NCBI GenBank assembly: GCA_913057955.1
Contig: CAJXOB010000001.1
Coordinates: 21,215-85,214, forward strand
Direction of reading: 5' to 3'
Source: an uncultured Gammaproteobacteria bacterium
GTDB lineage: Bacteria; Pseudomonadota; Gammaproteobacteria; PS1; Pseudothioglobaceae
DNA: 64,000 nucleotides
Within the stretch, counting starts at the first letter, position 1, and each line of letters begins with the position of its first letter. Below, piece by piece: positions 25,226-37,247 of the stretch. A model generated the notes under the pieces. The model saw only the letters and a list, made by a program, of their open reading frames with translations, was not told the origin of the DNA and did no database searches. The position numbers and the translations under genes were made by a program.

Positions 25226-27682
25226 ATGCAAAACGAATATAACGCTGCTGCAATTGAAAAAGAAGCCCAAGAGTATTGGGATACGAATAACTCATTTGTT
25301 GTGGTTGAAGATACCAGTAAGGAAAAATATTTCTGCCTTTCAATGTTGCCGTATCCTTCTGGAAGGCTTCATATGGGTCACGTTAGAAACTATAGCATAG
25401 GTGATGTAATTTCAAGATATCAAAAAATGCTTGGAAAAAATGTTATGCAGCCTATCGGATGGGATGCGTTTGGGCTTCCAGCTGAAAATGCTGCCATAAA
25501 GAACCAAGTTCCTCCTGCTGGGTGGACTTACGAAAACATTAAACACATGAAAGAACAGCTTGTAGAGTTGGGTTTTGGGTATGACTGGTCAAGAGAATTA
25601 GCTACCTGCCATCCAGAATACTATCGCTGGGAGCAGTGGTTTTTTGTAAAGCTCTTTGAAAAAGGACTGGTATATAAGAAAAAAGCAGTCGTAAACTGGG
25701 ATCCCGTTGATCAAACTGTTCTAGCTAATGAGCAAGTAGTTGAAGGATGTGGCTGGAGATCTGGAGCACCTGTTGAAAAGAAAGAAATATCCCAATGGTA
25801 TATGAAGATAACTGATTATGCAGAGGAGCTTCTTGCGGACATACAAAAACTTGACGGCTGGCCAGATGCTGTAAAAATGATGCAAACAAATTGGATTGGC
25901 AAGTCTGTTGGCCTTGACATTAAATTTAAACTCAATGAGTCTGAAGCACTAACTGTATATACAACAAGGCCAGATACTCTGTTAGGTGTTACCTACCTTG
26001 CAATTGCTGCAGAACACCCTCTTGCAATTCAGGCTGGAAAGGATAACACTACAATTCAAGTGTTTCTTGAGGAGTGTAAAAAAATGGAGACCGCTGAAGC
26101 GGCTCTTGAAACAATGGAGAAAAAAGGAGTTAATTCAGGGCTTACTTGCATTCACCCAATAACTGGAGAACCAACCCCAATTTGGATAGCAAATTTTGTT
26201 CTTATGGGGTATGGAACGGGTGCAGTAATGAGCGTTCCAGCACATGACCAAAGAGATTATGAGTTTGCAAAAAAATACAATATATCGATTGTTGATGTTA
26301 TTGCAGATCAGAGCGGTGCTGTAGATACCAGTAAAGCAGCGTTCACGGATAAAGGCATTCTTATAAATTCAGGTGAGTTCAATGGTTTAAACTTTGATCA
26401 AGCATTTACTTCGATTAGTGAAAGACTTTCGGCTTTAAAAATGGGGGAGTTAAAAACTAACTATCGCCTTAGAGATTGGGGTGTTTCAAGGCAACGTTAC
26501 TGGGGCTGCCCAATACCAATAATTAACTGCCCCTCTTGTGGGGCTGTTGCTGAAAACCTTGCAAATCTGCCTGTAAGACTGCCTGAGAATGTCGAGCTTG
26601 ATGGTGTTGGCTCTCCATTAAAAAGAATGCCTGATTTTTATAGCGTATTGTGCCCTAAGTGCGGATCAGAAGCAGAAAGAGAGACAGACACTTTTGATAC
26701 ATTTTTTGAGTCTTCTTGGTATTTTGCAAGATACACTTGTGTCGATCAAAACAGTGCTATTTTAGATGAGCGTGCTAACTATTGGCTGCCTGTGGATCAA
26801 TACATAGGAGGAATTGAACATGCAATTTTGCACCTTCTATACTCCCGGTTTTTTACAAAACTATTGCGTGATGAAGGAATAATTGAAGCTAGCGAACCCT
26901 TTACAAATCTTCTTACACAAGGAATGGTTTTGAAAGATGGCGCTAAAATGAGCAAGTCAAAAGGAAATACTGTTGACCCTCAAGAAATGATTGCTAAATA
27001 TGGGGCAGATACTGCAAGGCTTTTTATACTGTTTGCGGCCCCGCCAACTCAAGACCTAGAGTGGTCGGACTCTGGAATTGAGGGAGCCTATAGATTTGTA
27101 AATAAATTTTATCGTCTTGTAACTAATTTTATAGACTCCAATCAAAACAAACAAACCTCTAAATCAAACTTTAAAGATCTAAATGATGCGCAAAAAGAGG
27201 TTAGAAAAAGAACCCATTTAGCTCTCAAAAAAGTGGGTGATGATTTAGGTAGAAGGCATTCATTTAATACCGCTATTGCAACCATGATGGAGCTAAACAA
27301 CACCTTGTCTAAGTTTACAGATGCGTCTGAAAAAGGTGTCGCTGTTCGGCAAGAGTCAATTGAAATCATGGTAAAGTGCCTTAGCCCAGTCATTCCTCAT
27401 CTATGCCACCATCTTTGGTTTTTACTTGAAGGAAAAGAGGCTGTTGTAGATGCCAAGTGGCCAAATGTTGATGAATCTGCACTTGTTCAAGACAACGTAC
27501 AAATTATTGCTCAGGTTAATGGAAAATTAAGGGCAAAAATTATGGCCCCACTAGGCTCAGACAATCAAAAAATACAAGAGCTAGCTTTTGCTGATGAGGC
27601 TATTAGTAAACATATAGATGGCAAAGAAATAATTAAAATTATCGTTGTACCAAACAGGCTTATAAATGTGGTTATTAAATAA
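25226..27682 (+). CDS. leuS: leucine--tRNA ligase
   Basis: 818 aa with the HIGH-type motif (PSGRLHMGHVRNY), KMSKSKGN and a CP1 editing domain. Confidence 0.97.
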   Translation: MQNEYNAAAIEKEAQEYWDTNNSFVVVEDTSKEKYFCLSMLPYPSGRLHMGHVRNYSIGDVISRYQKMLGKNVMQPIGWDAFGLPAENAAIKNQVPPAGWTYENIKHMKEQLVELGFGYDWSRELATCHPEYYRWEQWFFVKLFEKGLVYKKKAVVNWDPVDQTVLANEQVVEGCGWRSGAPVEKKEISQWYMKITDYAEELLADIQKLDGWPDAVKMMQTNWIGKSVGLDIKFKLNESEALTVYTTRPDTLLGVTYLAIAAEHPLAIQAGKDNTTIQVFLEECKKMETAEAALETMEKKGVNSGLTCIHPITGEPTPIWIANFVLMGYGTGAVMSVPAHDQRDYEFAKKYNISIVDVIADQSGAVDTSKAAFTDKGILINSGEFNGLNFDQAFTSISERLSALKMGELKTNYRLRDWGVSRQRYWGCPIPIINCPSCGAVAENLANLPVRLPENVELDGVGSPLKRMPDFYSVLCPKCGSEAERETDTFDTFFESSWYFARYTCVDQNSAILDERANYWLPVDQYIGGIEHAILHLLYSRFFTKLLRDEGIIEASEPFTNLLTQGMVLKDGAKMSKSKGNTVDPQEMIAKYGADTARLFILFAAPPTQDLEWSDSGIEGAYRFVNKFYRLVTNFIDSNQNKQTSKSNFKDLNDAQKEVRKRTHLALKKVGDDLGRRHSFNTAIATMMELNNTLSKFTDASEKGVAVRQESIEIMVKCLSPVIPHLCHHLWFLLEGKEAVVDAKWPNVDESALVQDNVQIIAQVNGKLRAKIMAPLGSDNQKIQELAFADEAISKHIDGKEIIKIIVVPNRLINVVIK

Positions 27683-27700
27683 AATTTGTTGTTAGTGCAG

Positions 27701-28561
27701 TTAACGGTCTAACATCTTTTCTATTTGCTCTCTTAATATAAGCTCCATTACAAACCCCATTTTACCTCCAGGGACAACCAGGGTGTTTGGTCGAGACATA
27801 AAAGACCCCGCTACCATGTCTTGTAAATAAACAAAATCACAGTATTTGTGGTCTTGAAATCTAACAACCACAAAGCTTTCATCCTGAGTAGGTATGTCTC
27901 TTGCAATAAAAGGGTTTGAGGTATCTACTGTTGGGACTCGCTGAAAGTTAATGTGGGTTCTTGAAAATTGAGGAGTAAGGTAGTTTATATAGTCCCACAT
28001 TCTTCTGTGAATTGTGTCTACCGTTGCCTCGGCAGAATAGCCTCTTTGCTCCTTGTCCCTATGAATTTTTTGAATCCACTCTAAGTTTACAACAGGAACA
28101 ACACCTATCAATAAGTCTACAAATTTCGCGGTGTCAATAGCTCCATCCTTAACTCCACCATGAAGCCCTTCATAAAAAAGTAGGTCGCTGCCTTTGCCTA
28201 CATCCTCCCAGTCTGTAAACTCTCCAGCTTTTTTTCCAAAAGGAACACCTTCTTCATCTGAATGAATATAGTAGCGGCGATTACAATGGCCCTTTTCGCC
28301 ATAATCTTTAAAGGTGCCCTCAATCAAATCAAAATGATTTGCCTCTGGACCAAAATGGCTAAAATATTTATTTCCTTTTTTATCCTCAAGCTCCATAGCA
28401 ACTTTCATTTGCTTGCGGTCAAACTTATGAAAGCTGTCGCCTTCAATAATTACTGGCTTTGCTCCAACTCTGGAAAAAATATGATTAAATGCATTTTTGA
28501 CGGTCGATGTGCCGGCGCCGGAAGACCCAGTTATAGCAATTACCGGATGTTTTATTGACAT
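27701..28561 (-). CDS. prkB: phosphoribulokinase (PrkB/CbbP type)
   Basis: 286 aa, near-collinear with E. coli PrkB: HPVIAITGSSGAGTSTV, FYEGLHGG, VNLEWIQK, FSRTHINFQRVPTVDTSNPF and LVVPGGKMG. Confidence 0.92.
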   Translation of the reverse strand: MSIKHPVIAITGSSGAGTSTVKNAFNHIFSRVGAKPVIIEGDSFHKFDRKQMKVAMELEDKKGNKYFSHFGPEANHFDLIEGTFKDYGEKGHCNRRYYIHSDEEGVPFGKKAGEFTDWEDVGKGSDLLFYEGLHGGVKDGAIDTAKFVDLLIGVVPVVNLEWIQKIHRDKEQRGYSAEATVDTIHRRMWDYINYLTPQFSRTHINFQRVPTVDTSNPFIARDIPTQDESFVVVRFQDHKYCDFVYLQDMVAGSFMSRPNTLVVPGGKMGFVMELILREQIEKMLDR

Positions 28562-28676
28562 AGCCCCACTTCATTATAATAAAAGTCTATTTATTATCTT
28601 ACAAACAAGGTCAAGGTATTAATAAATAAATTCATAACCGCTTGAATTTAAATCACGGGGTGACGTTTTTACTTAA

Positions 28677-31073
<2,397 letters not shown>

Positions 31074-31163
31074 TTAAAAAATGAATTTATTATACCACGG
31101 GTATCGACTTTATCGATAAATCATACAACATTTATAACCTTGTTGTAATAGTAAATTTATGTC

Positions 31164-32249
31164 TTATGCGCTAACAATAATTCCTTTTTTAATGTGGTAG
31201 ATGTTCGTTTTTTTTAGATCTAAAGGAAGTTCTTTATTTCCAATATCAGTTATAAATATTTGAATATTTAGGTTTGTTAAAAAATCAAGTATTGAGTTAA
31301 TTTTTTTTTGATCTAACTCAGAAGAAATGTCATCAATTAGAACAACTGGATCAGACTTTTCATTTGCTAAAACAAGCACTTGAAGCATCCAAAAAACAAT
31401 AGATAGTTTTTTTTGTTCACCCCTTGAAAGAAAGCCTTCGTTTTTATTGTTTAAGTAAAAATCAACAGTTGCCCTATGGGGCCCATATCCCAGATGTTTT
31501 GTTCTTATAAAAGAATCTTTGTTATTTTGAAGGTACGTAATAATTTCTTTTTGGTTCAGGCCATCTACATCTTTTGTCCACCCTGTTTGTAATTTAAACT
31601 TAAGGTTTTTTGTTGACTCAATAAAGCTCTCTAATTTTTGTAAAGAGCTTTCTTCAAGTATTTTGATAAGTTTTTGTATATAGTTGATTCTTGCTTGAGA
31701 TATTTCAACAGACAAAAAAGAAAGTTGTGAAAGCCACTCGTCAAGCTGGTTTTGATTTTTGCTCGCCAGAATTGCATTTATATTTTTTAGGGTTTTATTG
31801 TAAGACTTATATGTTTTTAATATTTCTTTGTGGTCATGAAAAACCCCCCAATCTAAATAGGATCTTTTTAATTTTGGCGTTCCCCCAACAACAAAACCTC
31901 TGTCTGGGGAAATAATTTGGGTTGGTAGGCGTTGACTTAAAAGACTGTTGCTTGAAATTTTTTCATCACCAACTAAAATGATGGTTTTATGTTTGGATTT
32001 TTTTAGGGTTATTTTTTCACCATCAATTATTGCGTTTATTTGGACAAGCTCTTCATTAAATGGGATGACATCTTTAATATTTTTTGTTTTAAAAGATCGG
32101 TTGTGTCCTAGATAGTATAAAGACTCTATAAAGTTTGTTTTTCCCTGCCCGTTAGAACCAAGAACTAAATTAATGTTTTTGTTGGGCTCTAAATATTGAT
32201 CGTTTAAATTTCTAAATCTTGCGACATGGAGTTTCTCAATTATTGCCAT
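31164..32249 (-). CDS. recF: DNA replication and repair protein RecF
   Basis: 361 aa with Walker A GSNGQGKTN, an SMC-like signature SRGEQKKL and Walker B VLIDDISSELD. Confidence 0.92.
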   Translation of the reverse strand: MAIIEKLHVARFRNLNDQYLEPNKNINLVLGSNGQGKTNFIESLYYLGHNRSFKTKNIKDVIPFNEELVQINAIIDGEKITLKKSKHKTIILVGDEKISSNSLLSQRLPTQIISPDRGFVVGGTPKLKRSYLDWGVFHDHKEILKTYKSYNKTLKNINAILASKNQNQLDEWLSQLSFLSVEISQARINYIQKLIKILEESSLQKLESFIESTKNLKFKLQTGWTKDVDGLNQKEIITYLQNNKDSFIRTKHLGYGPHRATVDFYLNNKNEGFLSRGEQKKLSIVFWMLQVLVLANEKSDPVVLIDDISSELDQKKINSILDFLTNLNIQIFITDIGNKELPLDLKKTNIYHIKKGIIVSA

Positions 32250-32262
32250 TTAATATTTGTGA

Positions 32263-33366
32263 CTATATTCTCATTGGCATAACTATGTATTGATAACTTT
32301 CATCACCCATAGCGCTTAGAAGACAAGATTTGTTTTCACCTCCAGGTATTACCATGTTAATCTCTTTGGAAGTTAGTTTTTCTAATACAGAAATTAGGTA
32401 GTGAATATTAAAGGCAATTTCAAGCTCTTTTTCTTGTTTCGTAACCTCTATTTGAGTTTCTGCTCTTCCTCTTTCTGAGTGTGAAAAAATACTTAATTTA
32501 TCATCTCTAAAAACTAGTTTTACTCCCTTTGTTCTTTCATCAACAAAAATTGAAGCTTGCTGAAGGCTCGAGAGAAAATCAGCCCGATTTATGACTATTG
32601 TATTGCTAAAGTCTGTCGGCATAACTTGCTTGTAATTTGGAAAATTTCCATCAATCAAACGACTAATAATTTTTGTATTTGTGTCTATTAGGGAAAAATA
32701 ATTATCTGATAAATGAATTTCCGCCATATCTTGAGCGCTTTTATTTAAAAGTTTGGTAAGCTCTAGAACGGCTTTTCTTGGAAGAATTACTGTTTTTCTC
32801 TCTTCTAAGTTGTTGTTTTGTTTAACTTCACCAATTGAGAGTCTATGTCCATCTGTTGCAACAACTGTTAAAGAGTCCTTATTTAATTCAAAAAATAGTC
32901 CGTTTAAGTAGGCCCGAATATCTTGATTTCCCATAGAAAAACTTGTATTTTCAATTAGTTCTTTTAGTGCCTCTTGTTTAATTTTTATTACACTTGTATT
33001 TTGTGTTTTGGGGAGGGCTGGAAAATCTAAATGATTAAAAGTATTAAGTTCAAATGTATTTTTATTTGCATTTAGATATACTTTGTTTTCTTCAATTTTA
33101 AATTTAATCTTAGTTTTTTCTGGAAGTTTTCTTACTATGTCTATTAGGTCTTTTGCATATATAGTGAACGTTACCTCTGTTTCACTTTTTATTTCACTAG
33201 AGGCGCTTATTTCAAGCTCCATATCGGTTGTTGTAAGTGTTAGGGTTTTATTTTTTAATTGAATCAAAACATGTGAGAGTATAGGGAGAGTTTGTTTTTT
33301 TTCGACAACTCCAATTACTGTTTGTAATGGTTCAATTAATTCTTCAACGCTTAGTTCGGTGTTCAT
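32263..33366 (-). CDS. dnaN: DNA polymerase III beta sliding clamp
   Basis: 367 aa in three clamp domains, ending YIVMPMRI (E. coli ends VVMPMRL). It lies in the dnaA-dnaN-recF-gyrB order. Confidence 0.93.
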   Translation of the reverse strand: MNTELSVEELIEPLQTVIGVVEKKQTLPILSHVLIQLKNKTLTLTTTDMELEISASSEIKSETEVTFTIYAKDLIDIVRKLPEKTKIKFKIEENKVYLNANKNTFELNTFNHLDFPALPKTQNTSVIKIKQEALKELIENTSFSMGNQDIRAYLNGLFFELNKDSLTVVATDGHRLSIGEVKQNNNLEERKTVILPRKAVLELTKLLNKSAQDMAEIHLSDNYFSLIDTNTKIISRLIDGNFPNYKQVMPTDFSNTIVINRADFLSSLQQASIFVDERTKGVKLVFRDDKLSIFSHSERGRAETQIEVTKQEKELEIAFNIHYLISVLEKLTSKEINMVIPGGENKSCLLSAMGDESYQYIVMPMRI

Positions 33367-33572
33367 AGGCTGCCTATCTTTATAAATTAATTATTATTAT
33401 TATTAGTGTGCATACTTTCTGTTAATTTCTATCTTTTTCTTATTAAAATCAAAGGCATAAGGGGTGTATATCTTGTTAGTATCTACAGTCTTATTTTTAC
33501 ACTATTGTTAGTTATTGTTCTAATTATAAGATGTTTTGAATCTTATCAACAGTCCAACTTTTAATTTTTTGT

Positions 33573-34886
33573 TTATATGTTAGTAATTTTAATTGTAATA
33601 TTTTCAATATCGTTTTTGATCTCTTCGTTTATGTTTATAAGTCCTTTAAGTTTTTCACAAGAATATAAAACCGTAGAGTGGTCCCTATTTCCAAAATTTT
33701 GACCTATTTTTGCTAATGACAATGACGTTAGTTCGTGACATAAGTAGATTGCCATTTGTCTTGCCTTAACTAGATGTTGTTTACGTGAGTTTGAAATTAA
33801 ATCAGAAACCGTTATTCCATAATATTTACTAACTGTTTTTTGCACTTCATTTACTTCAATAATAAGTTTTTTTGGCTTAATAAGATCACCAAGCGCACCC
33901 TCTACAACATCCTTAGTTATATATGAGTGGTCTATTTGAGAAAAATCTACGAAAGCTTTAAGCTTTAGAAGCGCCCCTTCGAGATCTCTAACATTTGACA
34001 CAACATGACTCGCAATAAAAAGTGCGATATCTTCACTAAGGTTTAGTGATATTTGGGGGTTTTGAGACTTCTTTAACAGGATAGCCGCCCTCATTTCGAG
34101 CTCTGGTGGAGAAAGCTGTAAATTTAACCCTTGAGAAAAACGAGTTTTAAGCCTATTTTCGAGATCTTTAATATTTTTAGGGGGTTGGTCACATGTAAAA
34201 ATGATTTGTTTTTTTGTACTGAATAAAAAATTAAAAATATGAAAAAATTCTTCTTGTGATTTGTCTTTGCCAGCAATTAAGTGAATATCATCAACCAACA
34301 ATAAGTCGGCAGATTGATAAAAAAGCTTAACATTTTCGATTGTATTGTGCCGAAGGCTGGTTGTAATGTTTCTTACAAAATCCATTAACGGTACATATAT
34401 AATTTTAGTATTTGGATTTTTTTCTAGTGCTAAGTGCCCTGCGGCTTGCATTAAATGAGTTTTTCCAAGACCAGACTCACCATAAATAATAAAAGGGTTG
34501 TATGGGGATGCCCCAATTTTCTCTGCAATTTGTCTGCTCGCAAGAGCGGCTACTTGATTGGCGCTTCCTAAAACTAGGCTGTCAAAAGTATATTCTGGGA
34601 ACAGCGGAGTTGTGTGATGTTTTGTTTGGCTCTCACTTTTTTTACTCGAATCAACAACCCCAAATCTAACTTTTAGTTTGCGATCAAATTCTGACACTGC
34701 TAGGACAATTGCAGCCTCAAGATTTTTATGGTTGTTTATATATTTGAGGGCAGATGCACTAGGAGCATAGAGGTAAAGAGTCTCGTTTCTTTCAGCTGCT
34801 TTTAGGGGTTTAACCCATACACTGAACTCGCCTAATGGCAGTGTATTTTTTAGGGATTCTAGGCATTGGACCCAAGTTTGAGACAT
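33573..34886 (-). CDS. dnaA: chromosomal replication initiator DnaA
   Basis: 437 aa with the AAA+ Walker A GESGLGKTHL, Walker B LLVDDIH, and a domain IV DNA-binding region GNRDHSTVLYSCEKL. Confidence 0.96.
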   Translation of the reverse strand: MSQTWVQCLESLKNTLPLGEFSVWVKPLKAAERNETLYLYAPSASALKYINNHKNLEAAIVLAVSEFDRKLKVRFGVVDSSKKSESQTKHHTTPLFPEYTFDSLVLGSANQVAALASRQIAEKIGASPYNPFIIYGESGLGKTHLMQAAGHLALEKNPNTKIIYVPLMDFVRNITTSLRHNTIENVKLFYQSADLLLVDDIHLIAGKDKSQEEFFHIFNFLFSTKKQIIFTCDQPPKNIKDLENRLKTRFSQGLNLQLSPPELEMRAAILLKKSQNPQISLNLSEDIALFIASHVVSNVRDLEGALLKLKAFVDFSQIDHSYITKDVVEGALGDLIKPKKLIIEVNEVQKTVSKYYGITVSDLISNSRKQHLVKARQMAIYLCHELTSLSLAKIGQNFGNRDHSTVLYSCEKLKGLININEEIKNDIENITIKITNI

Positions 34887-35087
34887 AAGAAAGAAAGGCT
34901 AAATAGGAAAACAATGTACCAATGATACCTGTAATAAGCCCAAAGATGATCAAAGCCTTTGTTAGAATAAGCTGATATTCAGCCCTTTAGATTTGTTGTT
35001 CTCTATTAATTCCATATCTATATAATTTAGATAATTAAACATAATAAATTTGATCTTCAAACACTTAAATATTGGAAAAAATGACAC

Positions 35088-37154
35088 ATGAAAAATAACC
35101 CTTATAGTAGACTTTTTGAGCCTGTTAGGATTGGCCCTGTTGTTACAAAAAATCGCTTTTATCAAGTTCCTCATTGTTGTGGTATGGGACACCAAAGACC
35201 ACAAGCTCACGCAGCAATGAGGGCTCTAAAAGCAAAAGGCGGGTGGGGGGTTGTTAGCACAGAGGAAACAGAAATCCATCCAAGCTCAGACCTTTCCCCG
35301 TACGTAGAGCAAAGAATCTGGGACAAAAGAGATGTTCCAGCATTACGCCTAATGACAGAAGCTGTTCATCAGCATGGCGCTCTTGCAGCGATAGAGTTAG
35401 CTCATAACGGAAATCATGCTGCCAACTTATATTCAAGGCTTCCTGCTATCTCACCTGTAAGCCAGTCAATAGACCTTATTTACCCCAAGCAAACTTCGCG
35501 AATGAGTAAAAAAGACATTGTTGAGTTTAGGGCCTGGCATCGAAAGGCGGCGATAAATGCCAAAGCCGCTGGGTTTGATATTATTTATGTCTATGCTGGT
35601 CATGGGATGACACTTACTCAAGAATTTCTCCTTCCAGAAATTAACAACCGGACTGATGAGTATGGTGGCAGCATTGAAAATCGCGTTCGTTTGACACGAG
35701 AGTTGTTGGAAGAGACTAAAGATGCTGTTGGAGACACATGTGCGGTTGCTTTTAGGTTTGCTGTTGATGAGCTTAAGGGTAAAGATGGAATGCAGTTCTT
35801 CGAAGAAGGTAGGGCGGTAGTTGAAATGCTGGCAGAGATTCCTGATCTATGGGACGTTAATGTTTCTGATTGGGCCAACGACTCTCAAACTTCTCGTTTT
35901 GAGCCAAATGAGGGATACCAAATCCCATATGTTGAGTTTGTAAAAAGCATAACAACAAAACCAGTAGTTGGTGTTGGAAGGCTTACTTCTCCAGACTTAA
36001 TGGTTAGCCTTATTGAGCGCGGAGCTTTAGACCTTATTGGCGCAGCGAGACCTTCAATAGCAGACCCTTATCTTCCCAACAAAATTAAAGCTGGAAACAC
36101 TGACCAAATAAAAGAATGTATTGGCTGTAATATTTGTGTTTCAAGTGACAATTTTGCAGTTCCAATTCGATGTACTCAAAACCCTACTATGGGAGAAGAG
36201 TGGAGAAGGGGCTGGGACCCGGAATCAATTAAACCTAAAAAGACAGACCAAAAAGTGCTTGTTGTTGGATCTGGCCCATCGGGTTTAGAGTGCACTTTGC
36301 AACTGGCAAGGCGTGGCTATCATGTTACTTTGGCTGAGGCAGGCTCTAAGCTAGGAGGCAGAGTGATTTTTGAAGCTGGCCTCAAAGGGCTTTCTGCCTG
36401 GAAACGAGTTGCTGACAACAGGCTTTATGAGATACAACAAAAAAATAATATAGAAATCTACAAAGAAAGTGAATTAACTTTTTCACATATAAATGAACTT
36501 GGAATAAATAATATATTCTTAGCTACTGGCTCTAGTTGGCGAAAAGACGGCGTTGGAAGAAGTAGAAGAAAACCAATTCAAGGCATGGAGTCGCTTAAGG
36601 TGCTTACCCCAGAAGAAGCGATAAAAGACAGTAAAAAATTAAAAGGTCCTGTTGTTGTTTATGATGATGAGCAGGGATACTTGGGAGGAGTTGTTGCAGA
36701 CCATTTAAGCGCTGATCATCAGGTAATTTTTATCACCCCTGCAAGCATAGTGTCTCCGTGGACAGAGTCAACCTTAGAGCAAAAGAGGGTTCAAAAATCA
36801 CTGCTTCTTAATGGTGTTAATATTATTTGCAATAAGTCTATAGAAAAGGCTGAAGGTCAAAGTCTTAATCTCCAATGTGTGTTTACTGGAAAGATATCAC
36901 ATGTTAAGTGTTCAGCAATAGTGATGGTTACAGAGCGCATTCCAAATACAACTCTTTACGATCAGTTGATCGAGCAAAACAATAGAATTGAAGGCAGCAA
37001 AAGAAAACACATCCAGTTAATAGGGGATGCTGAGTCGCCTGGCTTGATAGCAGACGCAGTTTTTTTAGGCCATCTTGCTGCGCAAAATTTTGAGGAGCCA
37101 GAGCAAGAAATACAAAAAGCTATGTTTATGCGCGAAATGCCAAGCCTTAAGTAA
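35088..37154 (+). CDS. trimethylamine/dimethylamine/histamine dehydrogenase-family iron-sulfur flavoprotein; substrate unknown
   Basis: 688 aa. The N-terminus LFEPVRIGPVVTKNRFYQVPHCCGMG matches the TMADH-type motif FEP..IGP....NRFYQVPHC, the Cys that forms 6-S-cysteinyl-FMN in TMADH. It has an OYE-like TIM barrel, the 4Fe-4S motif CIGCNICVSSDNFAVPIRC and a C-terminal dinucleotide fold VLVVGSGPSGLE. 2,4-Dienoyl-CoA reductase (FadH) is the alternative family member. Confidence 0.75.
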   Translation: MKNNPYSRLFEPVRIGPVVTKNRFYQVPHCCGMGHQRPQAHAAMRALKAKGGWGVVSTEETEIHPSSDLSPYVEQRIWDKRDVPALRLMTEAVHQHGALAAIELAHNGNHAANLYSRLPAISPVSQSIDLIYPKQTSRMSKKDIVEFRAWHRKAAINAKAAGFDIIYVYAGHGMTLTQEFLLPEINNRTDEYGGSIENRVRLTRELLEETKDAVGDTCAVAFRFAVDELKGKDGMQFFEEGRAVVEMLAEIPDLWDVNVSDWANDSQTSRFEPNEGYQIPYVEFVKSITTKPVVGVGRLTSPDLMVSLIERGALDLIGAARPSIADPYLPNKIKAGNTDQIKECIGCNICVSSDNFAVPIRCTQNPTMGEEWRRGWDPESIKPKKTDQKVLVVGSGPSGLECTLQLARRGYHVTLAEAGSKLGGRVIFEAGLKGLSAWKRVADNRLYEIQQKNNIEIYKESELTFSHINELGINNIFLATGSSWRKDGVGRSRRKPIQGMESLKVLTPEEAIKDSKKLKGPVVVYDDEQGYLGGVVADHLSADHQVIFITPASIVSPWTESTLEQKRVQKSLLLNGVNIICNKSIEKAEGQSLNLQCVFTGKISHVKCSAIVMVTERIPNTTLYDQLIEQNNRIEGSKRKHIQLIGDAESPGLIADAVFLGHLAAQNFEEPEQEIQKAMFMREMPSLK

Positions 37155-37247
37155 AGACAACACAGGGGAGGGTTAAAGCCTATTTCGCAATTGATTTTGT
37201 GCTTGTTTTAGAGTAACATTGCCCTCTTTTTGTATGGGCTTAAAAGT

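Noticed and set aside
34887-35087. Calling this spacer oriC
   Set aside because: I could find no perfect DnaA box and only two GATC sites by eye. Many Gammaproteobacteria place oriC near mnmG rather than dnaA. Deciding this needs whole-chromosome GC skew and a position-weight-matrix scan.
34962-35210. 82-aa minus-strand ORF spanning the dnaA upstream spacer and the 5' end of the flavoprotein gene
   Set aside because: It overlaps the start of a well-supported gene, is Asn/Ile/Lys-rich as expected from AT-rich non-coding DNA, and has no ribosome-binding site or motif.
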